Shown here: piece by piece, positions 1 to 11,935 of the stretch
Layout of the letters: each line of letters begins with the position of its first letter
Position numbering within the stretch: the stretch's first letter is position 1
Position numbers and translations under genes: made by a program
Source of the DNA: Macrostomum lignano
Taxonomy: Eukaryota
NCBI GenBank assembly: GCA_002269645.1
Contig: NIVC01001161.1
Span: forward strand, 92,556 to 156,555
Direction: 5' to 3'
DNA length: 64,000 bases
Notes under the pieces: generated by a model
Databases searched by the model: none
Told to the model about the DNA's origin: nothing
Seen by the model: only the letters and a program-made list of their open reading frames with translations

Positions 1-138
1 CAATAATTTGCAAGCCCTTGGCTTTACTAAAAAGCTAACAAAGTAGGTGCCACATCAGTTATTGATAGAAAACAAGCAGAAATAGTTGGAAATCTGCTAG
101 CTATTGCTGCTTTAAAACAAACATGATCATGCTTGGGT

Positions 139-290
139 GCAACCTAGGGATTCACCCGGCCGTTTCTATTGGCAACACACACACGTAAGTCGCTATTGGA
201 CAGAATAGTAGTCACGTGACTGCTCTCAGCCAATAGCGACTTACATGTGTGTGTTGCCAATAGAAACGGCCGGGTGATTCCCAAGGTTGC
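139..290. mobile_element. ~150-bp near-perfect palindrome (foldback MITE-like element)
   Basis: Left arm CCCGGCCGTTTCTATTGGCAACACACACACGTAAGTCGCTATTGG has its reverse complement, with 1 mismatch, in the right arm. Centre is GTCACGTGAC (211-220). Pairing extends out to GCAACC/GGTTGC. Confidence 0.7.
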
Positions 291-679
291 GCATGTATGA
301 ACATGATTATTGTCAACTGCAATGAAAAATAGGTGTTCCATAACAAGACATATTGCTTTACTAAGTGGTCACTCACGTCTAGATAAAGCAATCAGTTACC
401 AAATCAGGAACTGCATTTAAAAAAGATCTTGATAACCGTGATAAATGATACATGGCATGCTATATACCAACTTCTTTTGTTCATGCAGGTAAACTATCAT
501 AGCCAAGCCAACTATAATAATTGTTAGCTACATATTATGTACAAGAAATTACAATAGAAGCAGCCATTTTTTATAAAGCAGCATAATCATAAGCCATACA
601 TAGCTATTTGCATATCTTGGATACTAATAAAGCTTAGCTAGGCTGGAAGATTTTGCTGCATCCACTATATAGTCTAATC

Positions 680-1079
680 TAGAGGTCAGATGGGATCCCG
701 ATCCCAATCCTGAAATCTTGGGATCCCAAGGAAAATTGGATTCCTATGGGACCAAGATCCTGACTCTAAAAAAACAATAATCGAGAACAGGTCTTTTGAT
801 TAAAATTTATAGAATTAGTGATTACTTGAATGTGTATTTTGTTTTAATTTGTACTCATTACATTATTACTTTGTTGGTTATAAAACTTTGCATTATTTTG
901 TTGTGTTTTACTTTTAGATCTTAACATTTTTTGCTTAATTTTATTTAACTTTATATGGACCTACAAACTAAAATACACTAAAAGACCTAATCCCAATTCC
1001 TAAATCCCAATCCCAATCTTGAGAATTATTTTTCCTAATCCCAATCCTACCCGAAGATTTCAATCCTATCCGACCTCTA
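680..1079 (+). mobile_element. hAT-type MITE, older CpG-decayed copy (400 bp)
   Basis: TIRs TAGAGGTCAGATGGGA / TCCTATCCGACCTCTA. 8-bp TSD GTCTAATC (672-679) / GTCTAAAC (1080-1087). Aligns end to end with the reverse complement of 3418-3816. An 8-bp TSD with TAG-starting TIRs is typical of hAT. Confidence 0.85.
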
Positions 1080-1770
1080 GTCTAAACAATCTTACCATAA
1101 TCAGACTATTATATTTTAGAAGGGATACTTGCTGTCTTGGGATGTTTTGTTTTTAGAGTGAATGTCTGTTGTTTTCTTATGAAAGCTTTATTTTGCTGTC
1201 TATTTCACTATTTGTTATTTGTAAAAAACAAGGATTCTATCCAGATGTCTCCTATTGGGGGATGAAGATTGCTAGTGCAGAGCTAAAGTTGAACATCAAA
1301 CTTCTTTGACTTAAAGACTGCTAAGTTCTATATATAAGAAAGGCATGTTTATTATAGAAACTTAACAGAATATTATAGATAGTAGGCCTAGTGGTGACTA
1401 TTTCAATGAGTAAAAAGATGCTAGGCCATAGCTAAGCTAAGCTGCAATAATGGAACTAGTAGAAATTTGTTAAAGGGGGCATACTCTAAAAAGATATTAT
1501 TTTTAGGGGAAAATTATCACATACAATTAGGGATTAAAATTCCAGGATCTCAGGATCCCAAAATCCGGATCCTATCAAATCAAAATCCCAAAATCAAGTA
1601 AAATGCCTCATGCATCATTCAGCATCAAGTATAAATGTTAGGACAATTTTTTTCTAGGCCCTTATTATTTTTACAAAAGTGTTGTAAAATGAATATAATT
1701 GGACCCAAAACAAGTTTATTATACTGTACTAATTTCTATTAATTATAAATTGCCTTATGTTATTTAGTGC

Positions 1771-2116
1771 CGCTATGTAAATACCGCAACAGATGCAATG
1801 GACTGCAACAGACTACAATGGAACCACAATAGACCCCAATAGACCTCAAGAAACTGCCACAGACTTCAAGCAAATTTTTTACCTGAAAGCACAATAAATT
1901 ATAAATTCCTGCCAATGCATTAGCTTATTCATAATTCAAATAATTCAATTGCATTTATGCAGTTAGCGCATATAATAGGATCTAGCAAAAAACCTTATAG
2001 TTGATAGTCAAACCTTAACATCCAATCTAGCTATTATATCATAATCATTCAGATTTTGGTCCATTGCAGTCTGTTGCAGTCCCATTGTGGTCCCATTGCA
2101 GTGTTTACACGGACCC
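1771..2116. mobile_element. MITE-like element with long imperfect inverted ends
   Basis: CAATGGACTGCAACAGACTACAATGG (1796-1821) is the near reverse complement of CCATTGCAGTCTGTTGCAGTCCCATTG (2061-2087). Outer ends CTATGTAAATAC vs GTGTTTACACGG also pair imperfectly. Confidence 0.6.
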
Positions 2117-3417
2117 TTTGTGTCGCCTTTTTAAACTTGGCATCATGGATTTATATATGATAATGAATTATGAAATTTATTCTAATTTAAATTTTGATAT
2201 TTTATTTTCTTCTTGACTTTATTACTACTTACTACTTACTTAGTTAGGATATTTGTAAAAGTAAGGTATTTGAAAGAGCGTCTAGAGTTTTTTGAAACGG
2301 TTTTCCAGCCGATTAACGACTTAGTCTTAGTTAGTTAATGGAGTTAGTACGTGATAAATATAATAGTTTTAAATTAAAAAATTAAACTTTTGACAAAAGG
2401 TCAAACAAATTGTATACGTATACAAGATAAATAATATACATGGTAAGCTTTTTAGAACTTATAGTTCAATTTTTTCATAACTTTATAAATTAGAGTATTA
2501 TAATTTTAGAAAAAATGTCCAAATAACGTAATTCGTCTAGCACCGTGGTAATTGAATGTACCACGCGTTTTTTGCCTCTGCTTTTTGTGTAATTTGGCTA
2601 CAATTGACGTAATGACTATTTTTAGCTAGTGTTTTATTCAATCCGAACTTTGATACTTTACTTGTATTGTGGGTAAAGGCTACAGACGCTTCAGTTGTAT
2701 TTTAGTTTTTTATATATTTATTTTATAATTTAAAATCGATATTTAGATTTTAGTTAGGCTAGGTTTAGTTTAACCAGGACCTACCTAACCTAACCTAAAT
2801 GCTTGCTGACTAGGCCTACTCTACTGTATTAGGCGGCTTAAGCCCTAGCAGCCTACTATTAATTAAAACTTTACATTTGACCTAGGTATGAAATGTGCTG
2901 TAGGCCTATCTACCCCAAAGAAAGGTAGGCCTAGGCCATAGGCCATATAGGCCTTAATGAGTTATAATTATAATTATAATATGCTACTAAGTTAGGCCTA
3001 TGATTGCCTATCTCACAAAGCAATCAAAAATCAAAGTGGCGATCCTTTGGTTTCCCACTCTAAATTATTTAAACCCCAGACCAATGGGCGGCCTATAACA
3101 TGTTGGCCAACCATCTGATGGTTAACCATTCACCAAGCTTTCCCCCATTAGCACTTCGGCAATATCCTCTACTGGATAACATACTACTACTCTATGATGT
3201 AGAACTCTGTGAACTCTTGCAAGAACTCTGTGAGCTTGTCAGACTCTGAAAGTTCAAAAAAGGGTTTAAATAATTTAGAGCAAGAAACCAAAGGATAGCA
3301 AACAAATAATAAATAATCTAAATTATAATTTGTTTCTATTATTGATTTTTGCATGCTAAATGAGACTTTTTAAGCAATCTGAGACTGAATAGCAAAAATG
3401 AATTATAAGGCCCCTAC

Positions 3418-3816
3418 TAGAGGTTGGACGGGATTGAAATCTTCGGGCGGGATCGGGATCGGGAATAATTTTTTTCTTGGGATCGGGATCGGGATTGGGA
3501 TTCGGGAATCGGGATCAGGTCTTTTAGTGTATTGTCCATGTAAAGTTAAACAAAATTGAGAAAAGATTGTCAAGATCAAGAAGTAAAACACAATGAAATC
3601 TATATGAAGTTTTGTAACCAACAAAGTAAATAATGTAACGAGTATAAGTTAAAGCAAAATACCTTCAAGTAATCATTAATTCTATAAATTATTAATTGAA
3701 AGACCTGTTCCCAAATCTCGAGTTTTTTAGGGTCGGGATTCTGGTCCCGCGGGAATTCAATTTTCCTCGGGATCCCGAGATTTCGGGATCAGGATCGGGA
3801 TCCCGTCCGACCTCTA
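3418..3816 (-). mobile_element. hAT-type MITE, younger copy (399 bp)
   Basis: TIRs TAGAGGTTGGACGGGAT / ATCCCGTCCGACCTCTA. Perfect 8-bp TSD GCCCCTAC at 3410-3417 and 3817-3824. Subterminal (GGGATC)n arrays. Same family as 680-1079. Confidence 0.9.
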
Positions 3817-5452
3817 GCCCCTACCCTAGTCCTAGCCTAGCTGGGCAGCCCCAACCTTCGTTGCACTTCAGTCTAGCATTTTAGGCATTCTTAGCAAGCA
3901 AAGTGAGATTTTTAAAGCTTTTTTTATTTTTTTCAAGAAGCATTTTATAAAAAGGCATTTAGTGGTTTAAAGGAATATATATAATATAAGCCTAGTGATG
4001 TACGTGTCCCACGGCTCTTATTTATTCTTAAGTCTTAAGCCTTACTTGCTACCACCAAGCTGTTGCAGGGGTTATTCCTTCTTGCTTCTTGTTAATATTG
4101 CTGGTTATTACTTGCCTTTTACTAGTAGCGTATGTACTTCTATTGGTAGCGTCTGTACTTCTATTGGTAGCGTATGTACTTTTACTGGTAGTGTCTGTAC
4201 TTCTATTGTACTTTCTGGCCTGAGCGGTCTTTTTAGGCACTGTCTATCCTATTCCTATACTCCTCTAAAGATATTATTCTCAGTCCTGGATGTTCCCAGG
4301 ATCAGAGGGTCACAGCTTATTTGCTGGGTATCCTGCCCTGAGGCGGGTTTCTCAGACTCTGAGTCTGGGCTTCTCTACCATGTGGTAGGATCTCTGCCTC
4401 TTAAAGGCGATTTCTCAGATCCTAGATCTGGTTGTCTCGTTCTCTGAGAATGGGTTGAACTCTCCCAATCTTGGGGCTTCTGATGCTTTCTAAAATAACT
4501 AAGTCAGTAAGTATCGAGCAATATACTAGAATAGTTTTAAGCTTGAAGCCAGCGAGGCACAAGTTGCACAATTTGCTCTCCTTCTTATTCGGCTCGTGTA
4601 TTTATACTACTCTCAATTTGGTCTTTTAAACAAATAAAATTTCATAATATTTAAAATATTTACAATATTACTAATATTATACATATTAAAACAAAATAGT
4701 CTAGTTTCAAATATACTACTTTCTAGGAAACAAACAATGCTAAAATAAGGCCTACCTCATATGCCAATAGTTAAAAATAATCTATTTTGAAGAGTACTAC
4801 AAATATACTACAAAAAATGCTAGGCTATACTCATAGAACTAAAATTGTTAAATAGAAAAATTTAAGTGTTCAAATAAAAAGTTGCATAAGCCTATTGATA
4901 ATTATAGGTTAGGCCTACATTGAAAATTACAATAAGGTTATATTGAGCTATTGAAACTCAGATTTTACCTATTGAATTCTAATCACTAGAACTTTTTTGT
5001 ATGCATTTTTAAATCTAAAGTCATACTTAAACAAAAGCTTATTATTAGGCCTAGGTGGCTAGGCCTAGCCATTAAATTAAGATAAAAGTAAACAAAAAAA
5101 GAGTGAATTTATATCATGTTAGGATTTGAAACAAGCATTGATCTCATCAGCAGCTACAATGCTATAGGCCTATAGAATGATATAAAGTCTGTTCTATCTA
5201 AAGCAGTGCCTGGCAAACTTTTGGCCTTTAGTCTCTGCTTATCTTCTCTATCACTAAAGTCCATTGAAATTTCTTTGTTCTATTCTTTTTCTATCCCACA
5301 TTCTTTTTTCTGTTTCTTTTCAGACCTCTTTTCTATCTTCTCTTTTTGTTCTCTTTTCTTTTTTATCTCATCTATCATAGATCATATAATATATCGTATA
5401 TAAAAAAGAGAGAAAAAAAGAGAGAGCAAGAAAAAAGATTTAGAGAGTCAAA

Positions 5453-5454
<2 letters not shown>

Positions 5455-5512
<58 letters not shown>
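5455..5512. repeat. (GA)n microsatellite
   Basis: Direct reading. Confidence 0.95.
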
Positions 5513-5513
<1 letters not shown>

Positions 5514-7004
5514 AAGAAAGAGACAGAAAGAGAGGAAAAGTTTGTAACCTGTAAACTTAAAGAAAAAAAGAAAACTATAAACTATATTGGTAACAGTAGC
5601 AATGATAATAGTAAACTAATTGCATAAAAATAAAACATTTAAAACAAGGCTCAATGAGCTATAATGAGAACTAGTGAGAACTATATGAGAAAAAGAAGTA
5701 CTGATTAAATGATGCAATGAGCCAATATCTATAATAATCTTTAATTATTATTATAATCTATTGGATCCTTTTGTCTAGTTATATCTTACAATAGGATTAG
5801 CCTATAGTCCTAATTGGTAATTAACCAACTGGTAGTATAGTGATGTGACAATAGATTAAGAGAATTGGCAGCAAAGGATAGATAAGGATGCTGCTGGGGT
5901 TAAGGACAGAATATTAATAGTAAAATGTAAGAGTAATAGGTAGATCTTGCATGTAGAAAAGATCATTTTGAAACGTAATGCGGGCATGGCAATTGCAATA
6001 GATAAGACATAAAGAGCAAGAGGATTCATGGTTGAAGAAGATCCAACATCTATAAAGTAGGTCTAGCCCTATAGATTTTAGACAACCTTCAATAAAGGGA
6101 AAATAAGCAGTGTGTGGGTATTGTTTTATTATTGTTTTACTTCATTCCTCCTTCTTAGTTGCTTGTAGGTACCAACCAAAGCATGCCCAATGGCTGCATC
6201 TGTCATTTGGATACTTGACATTTGTGTCCTTTAGTACCTAGTATTGAGGCATGCAAGTGCTAGTAGATAGGCTTAGTGCTTAGTGCTTATGCTTAAAGAT
6301 AGATATTATCTCCAACTTCCTACTTCCAAACCAATAAGGAATGGGCTTACTTTGTGGCCACCTTGGTCTATCACTATTTAGATTAAGGATTTTAAATGCA
6401 GTCTAAATTGAGTAATTATTTTTGACAATGCTTACTAGGCATTTCCTATCCTCATTGCTTGTTAAACACAGTTGATTTGCCATAGTCTTTGTTTCTAATA
6501 TGTTTCTTACTTAGCTTGAAAAAAATCTTATTTTGATTGTTAGACAAGCAACTTTTGCTTGCCTTAGAAAAAGTTTCATTTAGCATGCAAAACTAATACT
6601 AGGTATAATGTAATGACAATGAAAAAAAAGCCATTTTCAAGAGTGTTTTAAGTTTTGAATTCTATAAAGGTTTTGTTTAGGGCTTAGCATTGTTGTTAAT
6701 GTTAACATTATTTGTTAAAATAATAAAATGTCACTTAGCCAAAAAACTTAACTTTGCCCTCCCTAAAGCTAGGAAGGCCTTACTCTAGGCCTTTTTTATC
6801 TATTAATAAAATTAATACTGTGTTAGTTAAAATGGGAGATAAGATAAAATGTTATATATTGTAACTAGTAAAAAACCTAGGATATTCATGTTTCTATTAT
6901 TGCATAATATCTTGGCAACTATTTAATAAAGTTCATTATTTTTTAGTGCTAGGCCTAATATTAAAACTAGGAGTTTAGAGTTCTAATCTGGGTTTTTTAC
7001 TTAG

Positions 7005-7194
7005 CAGTGCAACTAGAAATTTGTTGAGGGGGAGGGGATAAATTCTGGAAAGTAAAGACCCAAGGGGGGATAGAGAGTGTGGCTCTTTATTTTGATGAAA
7101 ATTTGTTTGCCCCCCTTAGATTTTTTTGGTCTGCACCTAAAGAAAAGGCAACTGCCCTCTTGCCCCCTTTCCCCTTCACCTAGTTATAGCATTG
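7005..7194. mobile_element. Degenerate short MITE-like element
   Basis: Ends CAGTGCAACTAG ... CTAGTTATAGCATTG are imperfect inverted repeats. G-rich and C-rich subterminal tracts. Confidence 0.45.
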
Positions 7195-7479
7195 TTTTCA
7201 TTGGTACTAGGCCTAGGATGCGAAATTGTATCTAAGTTCAAATTTTTAAATGCAATTCAAAAAGTCAAACTGTTTTATATTATTCCTATTCAAGGGTAGA
7301 TCTAGGATTTTTTGGAGAGGTGACAGATATGCAAAAAGGGTGCATTACCCCATAGAGGGGGTGCCCAATATATCCTATCTTCTCAATGACCTTTGTGATA
7401 ATTATTAACATGTAAAGCATTGTATATGAAATGGCTAATTTGGTTTCATACAAAATGTAAATTTTTTTATGTGGCAGTT

Positions 7480-7920
7480 TATTTAAGTTTAAGAATATTT
7501 AGCTGCACTAAAAGTAGCCTTAGGCCTATACTATAGCAGCTCAGAAAAAGGATTAAATAGCCAAGACTCAAAAAATATGTTCAGCGCTACTTGACTATCA
7601 GGTAGAGGGACATTATTGTCATTTTGACTAGGCCTATAAAATAGGTGCCCTAGGCTCCATTCTAAGGACAGGTACTTAGAATGAAGGTATACTGAATACT
7701 TAGAATAATAGTTTCTTATACGAGCCATAGGACTGCCCAGGATAGCAAAATTCCTTGAGCATCAAAAATGTTGTACATGATCTTCAGTATACCCTAATTT
7801 TTATGGCTTTTTGAGATCTTGGAGAATATACTAGAAACCATTTGGTAGACTAGGCCATTGTCTTAGTATCCCAGCTTTAGCCTTTAGATCCATGTCTTAT
7901 TTCCAGCAATAATTCTCAAT
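7480..7920 (-). pseudogene. Tc1/mariner transposase relic (DD34D region, disabled)
   Basis: The - strand reads LRIIAGNKTWI (7919-7887; mariner motif RIxTGDETW), then KIMYNIFDAQGILL (cf. KVMLxVFFDxxGI), then NDNNVPLPDSQVA (cf. HDNAPxHxSxV). Multiple stops and frameshifts. Confidence 0.55.
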
Positions 7921-9317
7921 AAAAAACTTCCCTCTCTTGATAAAAATGTTATAGATAGCTATTTAAAACCAAAGTTTGTTATATTTTCTATTCATCTATT
8001 AGTAAGTGTTGCACCCCTTTGCTAAACTTTTTCTTTAGGTACTTAGTCAGAATGGTATAGATCCTTCCATACAGTACCATTGTCATTGCCATTGATACTT
8101 GACTCTTGTTATCCTAGACCTTAGACTTCTATTGCATCCATGTCATTTCATGCAATTTTTTACTTAACTTATATAAGTGCTAGTTGATCTCCTACTTTCA
8201 ATTTTAAGCAATAGTCTTATTTTTTGCCCATTTCAATTCTAGTTGCTTCAGCATTTTGGTAGCCATTGGGCAATAGATGGTGCTTAAGCCCACTGGTGCA
8301 AGATGTTTAAAGTGTTGAAACTACTTTTTTTTACAAATTATATGCCTTAGAATTCTAACTTGGCTTTTTATAATAGCCTAATTATGATCTATTCCTTTTT
8401 CACATGGGATTTTAACTGTAAATTGTTTATGCAAACAGGGCAAATTTTTAATGTCATAGGGCAAGACTAAAGTGGCTATATTAATACTAATAAATTATTT
8501 GCAAAATTTTATAGCTTGGCATTTTATTTGACTAATTTTGCTAAACATTAAAACTAATGATGAAAAATAAGATAAATATTTTTGTGTTAAATTAAAAAAG
8601 GCTGAATGTTCAACTATGAACTTTTTAAATTAAAAAAAAAATGAACATATATATAATATGTTGCACCATAGTTGATTTTCAAAGAGCAAATCCAAAATTG
8701 ACAATTTATAAGCTTTATATAAATCACAATCATAAAAATGGTCATTAGTTTACATTTTTTATCATGATTATTGTGACATCTGACACTGTAATTAGCATCT
8801 GATATGCTAATTACCTAGATGCTATTCATCAATTTATTCAATTTTATAGAACCCTATAATAAGTCTTTGATAAGCAAGAATAAGGCTTACACCTTATTCA
8901 TACTATTGTATATTTATTGGAATCTAAACATATTGTAGTATAAAAATGCCTATTTTACCTGGAGGTGATCTAAAATTTCAGTGGAGCCAATCTTGAAAAA
9001 TTTTTAAAGTCCATAGTGGTCCAATAAGTGAATATGACAGGATTATTAATGAAGTCAATGCTAACAGGGTACTAACATCACAGATTGGTTTTCTGCCATA
9101 AAGGGAGGTCTTTCTACATCCAAGACATTTGATAACAAGTATTTTTAACATCACTTATTGCAGACCGACTACATATGTATTGGAATTAATGTGTTGCTAG
9201 TTTCCATCTATTTGAAGATCTCTGCAAAGTTTTCAATGGAAAAGCTATGAACACGAATTGTGTTAAAGAGTTTAGCTTATAAATTTCTCACCAAACCCAC
9301 AGACAGAAGCCAAAGTT

Positions 9318-11540
9318 ATGGTAGTTGATCACGTGATCCTAGACGCCGGAGCCGTCATCGCCTGCAGCGATCTATCCAGGCTGGGCAATAAATTTTCCAG
9401 CACCCCAGTTGTCATGGCCGAGGTGAAAGATCAGAATGCTCGGCTCAGATTAGAACTGCTGCACGAGCCAGTTCAAGTGCGCGACCCGCTAGAGTCTTGC
9501 GTCACACAGGTGATCGCGGCTGCTAAAGCTTCTGGAGATTTCAGCGTCCTGTCTATGGCCGATATTGGTATTGTGGCGCTGGCGCTGCAGGTTATGGAGG
9601 AGCTGGGGTGTCCTGCTAAGCCTCCGGCTGCTACTGCAGCGGGCGATGCAGCTGCGGAAGCTGCACGTGAATATGGAAACCGAATGGAGGAAATGCAGGT
9701 GAGTGCGCGATGGCAGGTTTTTACAAAATCAAGATTAAGTAGGGTAGGGTAGGGTATAGAATGAAGATTGAGTAGGGAGAATGAATAATGAGTAGGGAGA
9801 TTGAAGATTGAGTAGGGAGAATGAAGATTGAGTAGGGATAATGAAGATTGAGTAGGGATAATGAAGATTGAGTAGGGAGAATGAAGAATGAGTAGAGAGA
9901 ATGAAGATTGAGTAGGGAGAATGAAGATTGAGTAGGGAGAATGAAGATTGAGTAGGGAGAATGAAGATTGAGTAGGGATAATGAAGATTGAGTAGGGAGA
10001 ATGAAGATTGAGTAGGGAGAATGAAGATTGAGTAGGGAGAATGAAGATTGAGTAGAGAGAATCAAGATTGAGTAGGGAGAATCAAGATTGAGTAGGGAGA
10101 ATGAAGATTGAGTAGGGAGAATGAATATTGAGTAGGGAGAATCAAGATTGAGTAGGGAGAATGAAGATTGAGTAGGAAGAATGAAGAATTTAAGCCAATT
10201 CAAGTCGTGAACCATTTAAACAGGACGAGCAGGAGGAGCAGAGCGTGTCCGATCCCGCAACAGACTCCGAGGACGAGGAATCCGGTTGGGTAACCATGGA
10301 CAACCTAGCTAGCGTCCTTGGCAACGGCTCGGTTGTGCACGCCTCGGATTCCGCAGCCAGCTGTCCGGTGGCCTGCGCCAGCACCGACTTTGCCGTGCAG
10401 AATGTGTGCGCCAGGTTGGGCGTGCCGATTCTCTCGTGCGAGGGCCGCATCATTGCCGAGATTCGAACTCACGTCCTCTGGTGCGCCGGCTGTTATAAAC
10501 GATGCCTGAGGCCGGACAAGCGGTTCTGTCCATCGTGCGGTCACGCCACTCTGCAGAGAGTCAGCGCCCAGTTGGACAATGCCACTGGGCAGTTACAGCT
10601 GTTTTTCAAGAAGAACTACCAGTACAGACTGAAGGGTAAGGCTTGAGAGCTAAGCGCACTGTTCACTCCTTCTTTAGGGAGTGCCAAGCGTGCAACCCTC
10701 AGATTGTTAGGGGAGAGCTGAGCGTGCAATCCACAGAATCTTCAGGGGTGCCAGGCCTGCAATCCACAAAATCCTCAGGGGTGCCAGGCGTGCAATCCAC
10801 AAAATCCTCAGGGGTGCCAGGCGTGCAATCCACAAAATCCTCAGGGGTGCCAGGCGTGCAATCCACAAAATCCTCAGGGGTGCCAGGCGTGCAATCCACA
10901 AAATCCTCAGGGGTGCCAGGCGTGCAATCCACAAAATCCTCAAGGGTGCTACTGCTAGGCGTGCAATCCACAGAATCTTCAGGGGTGCCAGGCGTGCAAT
11001 CCACAGAATCCTCAGGGGTGCCAGGCGTGCAATCCACAGAATCTTCAGGGGTGCCAGGCGTGCAATCCACAGAATCTTCAGGGGTGCCAGGCGTGCAATC
11101 CACAGAATCTTCAGGGGTGCCAGGCGTGCAATCCACAGAATCTTCAGGGGTGCCAGGCGTGCAATCCACAGAATCTTCAGGGGTGCCAGGCGTGCAATCC
11201 ACAGAATCCTTAAAAACAGATGATAGCACACAGCCACCCCCCCTTCAGGCACCCGCTACTCTTTGCCGAAGCCGCGGGGCGGTAAGCACAGCCTGGACCC
11301 CATAACGTGCGAATGGCAGCGCGTGCCGCAGCAGCGCCCCAGCAAGAAGACTCTGCAGAAGGCCAACCCGTTCTCTGTGGACGCCGAGGCCGCCGCACCC
11401 GGCCAGCTGTTTGCCCAGCACGACCTGTCCAGCAGGGCTGCCGTGCTGGCATCAGGGGCGGCCTGCCTCACTGGTCGCGGCGGAATCCTAACGAGGGCAC
11501 CAGGCGCACCGGATCCAGCAGGAAGTCGCGGCGGAAGTGA
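9318..11540 (+). CDS. NOB1: NOB1, 20S pre-rRNA D-site endonuclease (PIN domain + zinc ribbon)
   Basis: Exons 9318-9698, 10224-10635, 11249-11540 with GT-AG introns in matching phases. PIN motifs HVILDAGA and SGDFSVLSMADI, acidic linker GWVT, CASTDFAVQNV, zinc ribbon CAGC..FCPSCG, KGTRYSLPKPRGGKH. The conserved C-terminal RRNPN needs a -1 shift at ~11448. Confidence 0.95.
9740..10185. repeat. 20-bp minisatellite (GAATGAAGATTGAGTAGGGA) in NOB1 intron 1
   Basis: Direct tandem periodicity. Confidence 0.95.
10720..11210. repeat. 33-bp minisatellite in NOB1 intron 2
   Basis: Unit GGCGTGCAATCCACAGAATCTTCAGGGGTGCCA; gives the 11-aa repeats in the ORF track. Confidence 0.95.
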
Positions 11541-11664
11541 CAGCGAATGTCTGACTGGGGGTTTGAGTATTTTGTGTGCTCAGATATTCCTGCCTGGCTA
11601 GCAATGGAAAGCAGGATTTCAGATATAAAAATATCAGGTAGCATCCAGTCATTGAATGCCTTTG

Positions 11665-11704
11665 TATGTCTGTCTGTCTGTCTGTCTGTCTGTCTGCCTT
11701 TGTA

Positions 11705-11737
<33 letters not shown>

Positions 11738-11818
11738 GCCTGCCTTTGTATGTCTGTCTGTCTGTCTGTCTCTGTCTGTCTGTCTGCCTGCCTTTGTATG
11801 TCTGTCTGTCTGTCTGCC

Positions 11819-11871
<53 letters not shown>

Positions 11872-11935
11872 GTGCGTGTGTGCCTGTCTGTTTGTCTCTG
11901 TCTCTGTCTGTCTGTCTGCCTGCCTGCCTGTCAGT
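11665..11935. repeat. (CTGT)n microsatellite
   Basis: Direct reading. Confidence 0.95.

Noticed and set aside
3995-4620. 150-aa ORF and possible LTR-like segment
   Set aside because: The ORF is driven by a short 21-bp repeat and has no recognisable domain. The TATA-like motif on the - strand is insufficient on its own.
11443-11450. Programmed ribosomal frameshift in NOB1 or KDM3
   Set aside because: There is no X XXY YYZ slippery site or obvious downstream stimulator. The deletion-in-run pattern is shared with the LINE, so error or mutation is simpler.
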